Assembly (NCBI GenBank): GCA_963667785.2
Contig: CAXXMU010000005.1
Coordinates: 96,001 to 160,000, forward strand
DNA: 64,000 nt
Direction of reading: 5' to 3'
Source of the DNA: Alphaproteobacteria bacterium
GTDB taxonomy: Bacteria; Pseudomonadota; Alphaproteobacteria; UBA828
A model generated the notes under the pieces. The model searched no databases. It was not told the origin of the DNA and worked only from the letters and a program-made list of their open reading frames with translations. Shown one piece after another: positions 18,397-28,110 of this stretch. How positions within the stretch are numbered: the first letter of the stretch is position 1; every line of letters starts with the position of its first letter. Position numbers and translations under genes: made by a program.

Positions 18397-18528
18397 GATT
18401 CCGTACGCCTGCCGGCGCGACAACTCCGCGCGCCTGCCGGCTGTCATTGGATTCCGCGCGCCTGCCGGCGCGACAACTCCGCGCGCCTGCCGGCTGTCAT
18501 TGGATTCCGCGCGCCTGCCGGCGCGACA
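18397..18528 (+). repeat. Tandem repeat, 53-bp unit x ~2.5 (five copies of core tccgcgcgcctgccggc)
   Basis: Units start at 18397, 18450, 18503; unit gattccgcgcgcctgccggcgcgacaactccgcgcgcctgccggctgtcattg. Confidence 0.95.
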
Positions 18529-18944
18529 GTGAGTCCGGCGGCGGGCCATGTCAACGGCGCCGCAGGCTGTGCGGCGCGACAGCGGCGCCGTGCGTTCCGG
18601 GTGCGAACCCCGGCCGAGGGACCGGAATGGGTTCCGTCCGCACGGCTCGATCGGCTAGAAGACCCCGATGGAGCCGACCAGGGTCTCGGGGCCGGCATGC
18701 CGGCCCTGAGACGAACGAGCTTGGGTTTTCTCGCATCCGGTGGTCCATCATCGGGGGCACGTCCATCGTGGTCCGTCCTGGCTCCCGCGCCTACGGGGAC
18801 CAACCGGTGAGGGGTGGTCGACGGTGAGGAGCCCAATCGGCCACCTCACCCGAGGGTCTGGCGGAAGCCTCTATCCCCCTCGTGCAATGCAGGAGCGGGC
18901 TCCGGCTCCCTACGTGGAGCCGCGGGACGGCACAGGGTGACGCG

Positions 18945-20009
18945 ATGTCCATGTTTCGCGCCTCACCCCGGGATGTCGCCGCCTGGCTCGAGCAAAACCG
19001 GGTGGAGCATGTCGTTCTAAGGTATGGACCCCGCACGCTCGACACGCGGGTGGGGGACGTGGACCTGCTGATGGACGACCGGGCGATCGCCGCTCTCAAG
19101 ACGGCGTTCCGGGGCCGGAGATCGGGCACCAAGATCGACGTTTACGGGATCGAGGGGCTGCACGGGAGCGACTACCACGGGTTCCCCCACCTGCCGGAGC
19201 GGCTGGGCCGGCAAATCCTGGCCCGGCGGCGCCGGGTTGCAGGCGTCTGGGTGCCGCATCCGCTGGACGAGCTGAACGGCCTGCTCTACCACCTGGCCTA
19301 TCACAAGAGCGTTCAGTCCGGGGTTCACGTCAGCGATCCGGCGCGCTCCGCACCGACCCAAGGGACCGAGCGTCTCGCGGCCCTCCAGACGGAATGCGGC
19401 ATCGCCGTCACCTGCACTCTCGAGGGCTTTCACCGCCATCTCGAGTCCTGCGGCCTGACGGTCAGCGAGGCACGCCTCGTCGCCTATATCGAGCACGACT
19501 TCCGTCACGGACGAAAGTCCCTCTTCCACGCCCTGCTGCAGGACCGGCATCCGGGCGAGCTGAACCTGTTCGTGATCCGCGCAGTGGCGCTAAGATACGG
19601 CAAGAGCGAGGCGCTGATCGAGCGCCTCGGCGAGCGCTACCGGATCGTCTCCGTCAAGGCCATCGACCGGTGGACCCGGCTGACCCGGGCCGGACGCATG
19701 CGCGGCGGCAAGTGGCGCCGTGGCGGAAGGCCTCGCATCGCGGTCGTGGTGTTCGATCCCGCACCCGTCCCCACCACGGCCGAAGAGCGCGAGGTCCATC
19801 CCTTCGTGTTCAACCGCAACCAGTTCGTCAAGGTCGAGTGGCGCGACTGGTTTTGCCGTGAGACCGCAGCGCGCGCCAAGGACAACCCGATTCATTCGAC
19901 CGACAACGAGGCGGAGGCGCTGGGCCATCTGCCGCTGTTCTTCTCGGCCGAGGAGCGGGAGCAGATCAGGCGGTCCCTGCCGGCGCTGCGGGCGGAGGCT
20001 TCACGGTGA
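18945..20009 (+). CDS. Hypothetical protein: N-terminal nucleotidyltransferase-like domain plus C-terminal NDP-kinase-like domain
   Basis: VVLR...GDVDLL and KIDVY; C-terminal LFVIR..AL...IERL...RIV.VK and NPIHSTDNEAEA...LFF resemble NDK. Confidence 0.65.
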   Translation: MSMFRASPRDVAAWLEQNRVEHVVLRYGPRTLDTRVGDVDLLMDDRAIAALKTAFRGRRSGTKIDVYGIEGLHGSDYHGFPHLPERLGRQILARRRRVAGVWVPHPLDELNGLLYHLAYHKSVQSGVHVSDPARSAPTQGTERLAALQTECGIAVTCTLEGFHRHLESCGLTVSEARLVAYIEHDFRHGRKSLFHALLQDRHPGELNLFVIRAVALRYGKSEALIERLGERYRIVSVKAIDRWTRLTRAGRMRGGKWRRGGRPRIAVVVFDPAPVPTTAEEREVHPFVFNRNQFVKVEWRDWFCRETAARAKDNPIHSTDNEAEALGHLPLFFSAEEREQIRRSLPALRAEASR

Positions 20010-20815
20010 GGGCGCTATCCCGCCTCTTGCGGCGCGAGTACGCGAGCCTGCGCATCGCCCCGCGCAAGCGGCGATTGATCGGGCAGCTCTCGACACACTT
20101 CGAGCACCCGGTCTCGCTGTATCGAGCCGGGTCACGCGGGCGGGACAGCGTGTTTCTGGTGAGGGACAGCAGCGCAATCCTGGGCGCGTTGCGCCTGTGC
20201 AATCCCTATCTGCGACGGAAGCCGCTTTCTGCCGACATGCCCTTCACCACGCTGAGCGACGGCGAGCGCCTCTCGCGCGAGTGGCGCTGCTACGCCGAAG
20301 CGGGCCCCGCGGGTATCACGCCCAGCCCCCTGTGGCGCGACGAGGACGCGTTGATGTGCGCATTTGTCGCGGGGCCCCGCTTTTCCGACCGGCTGTCGCA
20401 AGACCCGTCGTCGTTCTGGGGCCTGCTGGTCCGCGCCAGCCGCGCTCTCGCCAGCCTGCATGCTCTCGGCATTACCCATATGGATGCGTCGCTCGCCAAC
20501 ATGATCGACACTGGCGACGGCTGCCGGTTGATCGATTTCGAATACGGGCCGCGGGCCGGTATCACCCTGGAACAGCAGATGGCCTACGACCACCTGCGCC
20601 TGCTGGAAAGCAGCCTCAAGTTCATGCCCGCCGGAGAGCAGACGAGGATCGACACCTGGCTCGACGCGCTGGACGCGGTGCTGCCGCAAGAGGTGCGCGG
20701 GGTCGATGTCGCACCCCTGGCTCCCGCCCTCACGCGGGTGCTGGCGTGGCGCGATCTCAGCCACCGGCTGGCGGCGATCTTTAGAGCGTATCCGTCTTTG
20801 ACGGATACGCGATAG
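20006..20815 (+). CDS. Protein-kinase-like superfamily phosphotransferase (Kdo/WaaP/RIO/APH-like)
   Basis: LHALGITHMDASLANM catalytic loop and LIDFE; GTGA overlap with upstream gene; last codons lie inside the repeat. Confidence 0.75.
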   Translation: MRALSRLLRREYASLRIAPRKRRLIGQLSTHFEHPVSLYRAGSRGRDSVFLVRDSSAILGALRLCNPYLRRKPLSADMPFTTLSDGERLSREWRCYAEAGPAGITPSPLWRDEDALMCAFVAGPRFSDRLSQDPSSFWGLLVRASRALASLHALGITHMDASLANMIDTGDGCRLIDFEYGPRAGITLEQQMAYDHLRLLESSLKFMPAGEQTRIDTWLDALDAVLPQEVRGVDVAPLAPALTRVLAWRDLSHRLAAIFRAYPSLTDTR

Positions 20816-20931
20816 GCCGCGACTGCGGCCCGCCGCTTATGCGGCGCCCTCGCGGAGGCGCCGGCCGCAGGCCGGCTGCCGTGAGCGACAAAGAGGCTGG
20901 AGCGTTTCCGTGTAAAGCGGACACGCTCTAG
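20781..20931 (+). mobile_element. 151-bp MITE-like structured repeat with terminal inverted repeats TAGAGCGT(A/G)TCCG
   Basis: Near-identical to 52547-52697; multiple internal hairpins; TTAG/CTAG ends. Confidence 0.8.
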
Positions 20932-21253
20932 ATCTATCGACGAGCGTGGCTGACGACACTCGGCGTGCCGGGGCGGCGGGGAGGAGTCCGCGCCCTCCTC
21001 CCTGCCCGCCTACCGGCGCGCCGCCGCGCACACCCGTCACTCCGCCGGGCAGCCGTGCTCCGGTGCGATCATGGGACGCCTCACGCCGTTCCGCCGCACC
21101 CCGCGGCGGTGTCCCAATGGCATAGACGACCAACCGAATAACAATAAATTATAGGATGAATCAGAATTCGGTGTTGGACCATATTCGAAGGCGCCGCCAC
21201 ATGGTGAACTGCGCGACATGCAGTTGATCCCCTGCGGGACGGGGAACGCCACT

Positions 21254-22177
21254 ATGTTCGAGAAGCGAAGAGATCTGATCAAGTTCCTCGCCGTGGTCGA
21301 GACCGGCGCCATACTCGCCGCCGCCGACAAGCTCGGCATCTCGCAGCCCGCGCTTTCCCGGGTTGTCGCGAGGATCGAGCGCCAGTTCGGCGGGCGACTG
21401 TTCGAGCGCCTGCCCACCGGCGTCCGCCTCACGCCGCTCGGCGTGGTGGTCGCCGATCTGGCGCGCCACATCCTCTCCGAGATCGAAGCCGCCGAGGAGC
21501 AGATCGGTGCGACGCTCTCCGGCCGTACCGGCTGCCTGCGCGTCACCGCGGGCCCGATGTGGATGCAGGCCATACTCCCCGTGGCCATCGCCAAATTCCA
21601 CAGGACCTATCCCGGCGTGGAATTCAGGCTGCACACCGCCACCCGGCACGAGGGCATCCGCCTCCTCACCGACGGCGAGACCGACCTCCACTGCGGCGGC
21701 ATCGAGACCGAAGAGCCCCTGCCGCAATTTCTCAGGCACGAACGACTCCTCGACATGACCTGGGGTATCGTCGCCCACAAGGACCATCCGCTCCATTCGC
21801 GAACGGTGAGCGACGACGCGCTCGTCGACTACCCGTGGATCGACTACGACGCGTCGCTGCGGGCGGTGAACGGTGCGCGGCCGGTGCTGGCCGACATCAT
21901 CGACCAGCTCCACAACAGAACGGGACGGCGGGTGAGGGTCGCCATCCGCGGCGGCTCGGCCAGCCTCTCCCTGATGGAAACGGGCCCCTACCTCTCGTGG
22001 CTCTCGCTGACCTTCCTCGAGAGACTGCCCGAGCCTGCGCTCCGACCACTGGCGGTGGCCTTCGGCACGCACCGCTACCGGGCCGGGATCGTGTCGCGGC
22101 GTTCGTCGGAGGATCGTGCCCCGTTCGGACTCTTCAAGGCGATCCTGCGGGAAGAGATCTCGGCAAACCACACGTGA
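21254..22177 (+). CDS. LysR family transcriptional regulator
   Basis: FLAVVETGAILAAADKLGISQPALSRVVARIERQFGGRLFER HTH. Confidence 0.93.
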   Translation: MFEKRRDLIKFLAVVETGAILAAADKLGISQPALSRVVARIERQFGGRLFERLPTGVRLTPLGVVVADLARHILSEIEAAEEQIGATLSGRTGCLRVTAGPMWMQAILPVAIAKFHRTYPGVEFRLHTATRHEGIRLLTDGETDLHCGGIETEEPLPQFLRHERLLDMTWGIVAHKDHPLHSRTVSDDALVDYPWIDYDASLRAVNGARPVLADIIDQLHNRTGRRVRVAIRGGSASLSLMETGPYLSWLSLTFLERLPEPALRPLAVAFGTHRYRAGIVSRRSSEDRAPFGLFKAILREEISANHT

Positions 22178-22379
22178 CCTCACATATTGAGAATGCCAAC
22201 TGCCTCGTTCTCCTTCCCGGCGCTCCCGGCCGTTCTAACCGGATCGATTCGCCGATCGTGCGGCGCTGTGTCCACCGAGGGAGAGGCATCCGAAGGCCGT
22301 CATCGGCGCGCAACAAGCGCCACCATGTGCGCCTTCTCCCCCGCTACGAAGCGGGATGAGAGCGCTCGTTAGCGGATCG

Positions 22380-22530
22380 ACATGTGAAATTGTGTCAGAA
22401 TTACTTGAACACTGACGTCTCCTTATACCCGGTGAAATAAGTGATATGCTAAAGCAGCATATTGCTTCTTATCCCTGCCATAACCAGACAGTAACCTGCT
22501 ATAAAGTGGAAATTTATTTTTTCAATCACA
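22380..22530. promoter_or_regulatory. AT-rich putative promoter region upstream of small ORF
   Basis: Strongly AT-rich stretch in a GC-rich background directly before SD GGAGG and ATG 22550. Confidence 0.5.
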
Positions 22531-22549
22531 CTCGGCGGAGGGTGCATTC

Positions 22550-22833
22550 ATGGCCACGAGATCTCCGACCCGGATCGACGAGAGCAATCTGACGAAGGCG
22601 CAGCGTCGCAAGCTCGACGCATTGCGCCGGTCGGTGGGAGACGAAATCGGCAACCGGGCGTTCGTCGCGTGGCTTTCCGCGCAACCGGCGGCGGCGGCCG
22701 AGCTGGACGAGAACGCGGTGCTGATCGCCGAGACGCTCTGGGCGCTCATCGAGGACGGCAGGCTGGCGATCCCGCGCGGCGGCTATCTCGTCAGGCGCGG
22801 CCACGGCCGGGTCGTCGTCGAGAAGGCGAGAGG

Positions 22834-22837
<4 letters not shown>
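22550..22837 (+). CDS. Small hypothetical protein (95 aa)
   Basis: SD GGAGG, AT-rich upstream, protein-like composition; stop shares CTAG with convergent msrB. Confidence 0.7.
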
Positions 22838-23244
<407 letters not shown>

Positions 23245-23316
23245 GATGCCCTCCCCCGGCAGCGCGCCGCCCCGCCCCGATCCCCCGATCGCCGGGCACG
23301 CACGGCATGTGTCGAG

Positions 23317-23392
23317 CGCCACGCGCTCGCGGAGTATGCCCAACGCCACGCGCTCGCGGAGTATGCCCAGCGCCACGCGCTCGCTGACTATG
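23317..23392 (+). repeat. Tandem repeat, 27-bp unit x ~2.8
   Basis: cgccacgcgctcgcggagtatgccca(a/g) at 23317 and 23344, degenerate copy at 23371. Confidence 0.92.
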
Positions 23393-23458
23393 GACTATAT
23401 AGTACGCCCGGCGGCACCGGCAGGCGGACGGCCCGCCGGAGAGGTCGGGGAGGCACCC

Positions 23459-24421
23459 ATGGCACGGCCCGCACCTGCGGCAGTCGACTCCATCGCATTG
23501 CTCGGCACCGGGACCATCGGCGCAAGCTGGGCGACGCACTTCCTCGCGCGCGGCCTTGCGGTCACGGCCTGGGATCCGGCGGCGGACGCCGATGCCCGGC
23601 TGCGCGCCTTCATCGACGCCGCCTGGCCGACGATGGAGCGGCTCGGGCTCGCAGACGGCGCCGATCCGGCGCAGGTCCGCGTCGTCGACGATCCGGCGAA
23701 GGCGGTGGAAGGCGCCGTCTTCGTGCAGGAGAACGCGCCGGAGGACCAGGCGCTCAAGCGCGAGCTCTACCGCCGGATCGACCCGGCGCTCGGTGCGGAC
23801 GCGGTGCTCGCGTCGAGCTCGTCGGGCCTCCTCATCAGCACCCTGCAGGAGGGCATGCGGAACGGCGCGCGCTTCGTCGTCGGCCATCCCTTCAACCCGC
23901 CCCATCTCATTCCGCTGGTCGAGGTGGTGGGCGGCAGCGGCACCGATCCCGAGGTGGTGGCGTGGACGCTCGCCTTCTACAACGCCCACGGCAAGCGGGC
24001 GATCAGGGTCGAGCGCGAGGTGCCGGGCCACATCGCCAACCGGCTGCAGGCGGCGCTGCTGCGCGAGGCCTTCCACCTGCTGCTCTCGGGTACGGCCAGC
24101 GCCGCCGACATCGACGCGGCCGTCGCCCACGGGCCGGGCCTGCGCTGGGCCTTCATGGGGCCGTTCCTCACCATGCACCTCGCCGGCGGTGAGGCCGGCT
24201 TTCGCGGCGCGCTCGGCCATTTCGGCCCTGGGCTGGAGAGCTGGTGGGCCGAGCGCGGCACGCCGCGCCTCGATGCGGATGCGATCGACGCCCTGAGCCG
24301 CGCGGTCGACGAGATGCTGCACGGCCACCCGATCGCGGCGCTCGCGGCCGAGCGCGATTCCAGGCTGCTCGCCCTGCTGGCGGCGCTGGAGGGCTCGGGC
24401 CCGCCGCCGGACACGGCCTGA
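23459..24421 (+). CDS. 3-hydroxyacyl-CoA dehydrogenase family (carnitine dehydrogenase-like)
   Basis: LLGTGTIGASW, VQENAPE, ASSSSG, GHPFNPPHLIPLVEV, GPGLRWA. Confidence 0.88.
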   Translation: MARPAPAAVDSIALLGTGTIGASWATHFLARGLAVTAWDPAADADARLRAFIDAAWPTMERLGLADGADPAQVRVVDDPAKAVEGAVFVQENAPEDQALKRELYRRIDPALGADAVLASSSSGLLISTLQEGMRNGARFVVGHPFNPPHLIPLVEVVGGSGTDPEVVAWTLAFYNAHGKRAIRVEREVPGHIANRLQAALLREAFHLLLSGTASAADIDAAVAHGPGLRWAFMGPFLTMHLAGGEAGFRGALGHFGPGLESWWAERGTPRLDADAIDALSRAVDEMLHGHPIAALAAERDSRLLALLAALEGSGPPPDTA

Positions 24422-24451
24422 CCCGGAATTCGCGCCGCGGGAGAAGCCCCG

Positions 24452-25537
24452 TCAGGAGTTCTGCCGTCGGAGGGATGCGTCTCGCCCGCCGGAAGCCCCG
24501 GCCATGCTGCCCGGCGGTCGACACGTGGAGCCGCGCACCTTGATCTCGCCGTGCAACCTGACCGAGGGGATCGGCGTTCCGTCCGTGAGGAAGTCGCAGA
24601 TCGCCTGCGCGCTCTCCTGGCCCATCGCGGCCACGGGCAGGCTGATGCAGGTCAGGCGCGGATGGCTGTGCTCGGACCAGGAGATGTGATCGAACCCCAT
24701 GACCGACATGTCGCGGGGCAGGAGGAGGCCGCTGCGCTGAAGCTCGAACATCGCGCCGAGCGCGATGAGATCGGTAACGCAAAGCAGCGCGGTCGGACGC
24801 CGGTCCAGCGCCAGGGCCTCTCTCGCAGCGGCGACGCCGCCTCTCACGCTGATCTCGGTCTCGATCTTCTGCAGCGAGCGCACGCCCTCGACCGATTCCG
24901 CGCCGCGAATCCTGAACCGGGCCCGGTCGTTCTGCGCCGTGGGCCCAGAGACGAGCGCGACATCCCTGTGGCCGAGGTCGAGCAGATGCCGCATGGCCTG
25001 GCGTCCGAGCGCGGTGTTGTCGTAGCCGATGGTCGGCAGCGGGGCGGAGGCCTCGTAGATCGAGGTTGCGACCACGGGCGCTCCGAACCGCTTGGCCATG
25101 CCGGTGAGCTCGGGCTCGTGATCCAGCCCGGTGACGATCAGCGCCCTCGCGCCCATCTCGAGCAGCGAGCGGGCGCGCTCGAGCTCCACGCGGCGGTCCA
25201 TGCCGGTCGTGGCGATGAGCAGGCAGTAGCCGTTGGCGTCCAGCCTGGCCTCCAGGGCTTCCAGAAACGCCGCGAAGATCGCGTGGTTGATGCTGGGGAT
25301 CACGGCGCCGACGGTGTTGGTGCCGCCTGCGTTGAGAGCACGCGCGAGAGGGTCGGGCGCGAATTCGAGGCGGGCGAAGACCCGCAGCACGTCCTCGCGA
25401 GTTGCCGGGGAGACCGACGGCGAGCCGTTCAGGACCCGCGATGCGGTGGCGATCGAGACCCCGGCCTCGCGCGCGACATCCCGCAGGGTGATCCGTCCCG
25501 AGGATTGCTTGCTCCGCAGTGGTCTGCGTTCGGGCAT
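24452..25537 (-). CDS. LacI family transcriptional regulator
   Basis: ITLRDVAREAGVSIATASRVLN HTH; MSVMGFD, LTCI motifs. Confidence 0.95.
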   Translation of the reverse strand: MPERRPLRSKQSSGRITLRDVAREAGVSIATASRVLNGSPSVSPATREDVLRVFARLEFAPDPLARALNAGGTNTVGAVIPSINHAIFAAFLEALEARLDANGYCLLIATTGMDRRVELERARSLLEMGARALIVTGLDHEPELTGMAKRFGAPVVATSIYEASAPLPTIGYDNTALGRQAMRHLLDLGHRDVALVSGPTAQNDRARFRIRGAESVEGVRSLQKIETEISVRGGVAAAREALALDRRPTALLCVTDLIALGAMFELQRSGLLLPRDMSVMGFDHISWSEHSHPRLTCISLPVAAMGQESAQAICDFLTDGTPIPSVRLHGEIKVRGSTCRPPGSMAGASGGRDASLRRQNS

Positions 25538-25897
25538 TCCGACTCCGGTGCGAGTTATGCCGCGGGCGCCATGCGCCCCTTTGCCGAGGGCACCCTGCGG
25601 GGGGCTGCACGGCCTAAGGCGCGACGAGCCGGGCCTCGCCTCCTGCGATCAGGACGCCCGGGACGACGCCGGGCCCGGCGGAGCCCCGCATGCACCCGCA
25701 GTGTATCCCTAGGCATCGAAATTCTGTCGTTCGGAGGCTGATCGGTCAAGCATTGGCGCACTGAGCGGATTTCCCGCCCCCGACACGGTCCACACGGCCC
25801 ACGCCCAGCGCAGGCACGCCCGCGTTAGCGAACGGGCGCGGGACATCGCGGGGCGCCCGTGCCCCTCTTCGCCGTGGAACCGTGCAACGGGCTTCCC

Positions 25898-25962
25898 TGT
25901 AACCGGTCACAAGTGCTACAGTTCGCATATGTAACCGGTACCATCAATTGTAACCGGTTGCA
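25898..25962. promoter_or_regulatory. Three LacI-type operators around an extended -10 promoter of tauA
   Basis: TGTAACCGGTCACA 25898-25911, TGTAACCGGTACCA 25930-25943, TGTAACCGGTTGCA 25949-25962; TGcTACAGT at 25914-25922. Confidence 0.8.
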
Positions 25963-26117
25963 TGGGTCGAAGGAACCGGTCCGCGTGCGCCCCGAATTGG
26001 GGCCCCGACGTGATGGCGAGATGTCGCTATGACCGCATCGGTAGACAATCCCGGACGCAGCGCGGAAACCCCAATCGCACAAATCGTGCACATTGCGCAT
26101 CGAAAGGAGTGCTCGAC

Positions 26118-27092
26118 ATGAAACGCACCGGCTTCATGGCGGTCGTCGCTGCGGGGGTGGCGATGCTGTTCGCTTCGTCGGCATCCGCCCTCGACAAGAT
26201 CACGGTGGCCTACTTCCTCGAATGGCCGACCGCGAACCAGGTTGCGCAACTCGAGAAGACCTATGACGAGGCGATGGGCGTCGAGGTGGAGTGGCGCGCC
26301 TTCGGCAACGGCAACGAGATGAGCCAGGCGATGGTCTCGGGCGACGTGCAGATCGCCTATTCCCAGGGGCTGGTTCCCTGGGTGGTCGCGGTCACCAACG
26401 GGCTCCCGCTCAAGCTCGTCGGCGTCGCGGTGAGCTACGCCGAGGCCGACAACTGCGTCGTCCACGCCGACACCGGCATCACGCAGGCGAACGCGGCCGA
26501 GCTGGAGGGCATGCAGATCGCGACCCCGATCGGCAACGTCACCCACTACAAGCTGCTGCGCACGCTGGATCATCTCGGCGTCGATGCGTCGAAGGTCGAC
26601 ATGGTGCAGATGAACGGCGCCGACGCGTCGGTCGCGCTCGCGCGCGGGGACGTGGCTGCGGCCTGCGCCTTCGGCGGCCCGCTCCAGCGGATGAAGGAGT
26701 ATGGCGACGAGCTGATGACCCCGGCAGAGCAGGAGGCGATCGGCATTCGCGTCTTCGACGTCGTCTCGGTGACAGAGAGCTTCGCCAACGAGCATCCCGA
26801 CCTGCTGAAGAAGTTCATGGCGGTGACCGACCAGGCGAACGCGGCCTACAACGCGGATTCGGCGCCGTTCGTGGAGACCATCTCCAAGGCCGCCGGCATG
26901 GACCTCGCCGCGACGGAAGACATGCTCGGCATGTTCTCCTTCCCCTCGGCGGCCGACCAGAAGTCGGAAGCGTGGATGGGCGGCACCGTGCAGGCCTTCA
27001 CCAAGGAAGTGGCGGACTTCTTCGTCCAGCAGGGCCAGCTCGACAGCGCTCTCGACAGCTACGACTTCGCGATCGACGACAGCTACCTGTAG
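26118..27092 (+). CDS. tauA: Taurine/sulfonate ABC transporter substrate-binding protein
   Basis: Signal peptide, ITVAYFLEWPT, IATPIGNVTHYKL; in operon with xsc; SD AAGGAG. Confidence 0.85.
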   Translation: MKRTGFMAVVAAGVAMLFASSASALDKITVAYFLEWPTANQVAQLEKTYDEAMGVEVEWRAFGNGNEMSQAMVSGDVQIAYSQGLVPWVVAVTNGLPLKLVGVAVSYAEADNCVVHADTGITQANAAELEGMQIATPIGNVTHYKLLRTLDHLGVDASKVDMVQMNGADASVALARGDVAAACAFGGPLQRMKEYGDELMTPAEQEAIGIRVFDVVSVTESFANEHPDLLKKFMAVTDQANAAYNADSAPFVETISKAAGMDLAATEDMLGMFSFPSAADQKSEAWMGGTVQAFTKEVADFFVQQGQLDSALDSYDFAIDDSYL

Positions 27093-27296
27093 GCACTGTC
27101 GCTCGCGGCCGGAAGGCCGAGACGGGGCCTGATCTCCCCGCCTCGCCGCATCCTTGAGGAGCGGCAGGGCGGGGAGCACCGGCCGCCGACACCCTGCCTT
27201 CGCGCACGGTGAGCGGCGGCGCGGCGCGCGTGTGGCGCGGGGCACTTGCCGCTGTTAGGGTCCGGACTGTGCCGGATCCCGGATGAGGAAGGCGCA

Positions 27297-28100
27297 TTGG
27301 ACGGGCTCGTCATCGACAATGTCTCGATGGTCTTCACCTTGCCGAACGGCGGCCAGGTCCATGCCCTCGAAGACGTCTCGCTGCACCTGAAGCCCGGCGA
27401 ACTGATGGCCGTGCTGGGCCCTTCCGGGTGCGGCAAGACCACGCTGCTCAACATCGTCGGCGGATTCCTGGCGCCCACAGCAGGCCAGGCGCTCCTCAAC
27501 GGCCATCAGGTGACGGGCCCGCACAAGGAGCGCGGCGTCGTGTTCCAGCAGGGTGCGCTGTTCGAATGGATGACGGTCGCCCAGAACGTGAGCTTCGGCC
27601 CCCGCATGTGCGGGGTGCCGCGCGCCGAGATCAAGCAGACGGTCCGGCGCCTGCTCGACACCGTGGCGCTGCGGGACTTCGCCGACAAGCCGGTCTACCA
27701 GCTCTCGGGCGGCATGCAGCAGCGCGTGGCGCTGGCGCGGTGCCTCGCGAACGATCCGGACGTGATCCTGATGGACGAGCCGCTCGGCGCGCTCGACGCG
27801 CTGACCCGCGAGAAGATGCAAGGGCTCGTGCTCAAGCTGTGGAAGGAGACCGGCAAGACCATCATCCTGATCACCCATTCCGTCGAGGAGGCCCTCTTCC
27901 TCGGCGAGCGCCTGGTGGTCATGGCGCCGCGCCCGGGGCGCATCCACAAGGAGTACGCCCTCCCCTTCGCCGAGCAGGGGGTCAAGGGGGACGCACGCTC
28001 GATCAAGGCCCAGCCCGACTTCATCGCCGCCCGCGAAGAGATCCTCTCCATGATCTGGGAGATGGAGGAGGAGATCATGAGCGGCGCGGACGTGGGCTGA
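27297..28100 (+). CDS. tauB: Taurine ABC transporter ATP-binding protein
   Basis: GPSGCGKTT, LSGGMQQR, MDEPLGALDALTRE; TTG start inferred. Confidence 0.88.
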   Translation: MDGLVIDNVSMVFTLPNGGQVHALEDVSLHLKPGELMAVLGPSGCGKTTLLNIVGGFLAPTAGQALLNGHQVTGPHKERGVVFQQGALFEWMTVAQNVSFGPRMCGVPRAEIKQTVRRLLDTVALRDFADKPVYQLSGGMQQRVALARCLANDPDVILMDEPLGALDALTREKMQGLVLKLWKETGKTIILITHSVEEALFLGERLVVMAPRPGRIHKEYALPFAEQGVKGDARSIKAQPDFIAAREEILSMIWEMEEEIMSGADVG

Positions 28101-28110
28101 CGGGCGGGAC

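Noticed and set aside
18397-18528. Possible CRISPR array
   Set aside because: Linkers are only 8-11 bp and alternate between two identical sequences rather than being unique spacers; no cas genes in the window.
18530-18940. Riboswitch or ncRNA in the long leader before the accessory cassette
   Set aside because: No recognisable conserved riboswitch motif by eye; an Rfam scan would be needed.
27093-27296. Hairpin-rich spacer between tauA and tauB as a novel element
   Set aside because: GC-rich stem-loops after binding-protein genes are common mRNA-stabilising features; no second copy seen in the window.
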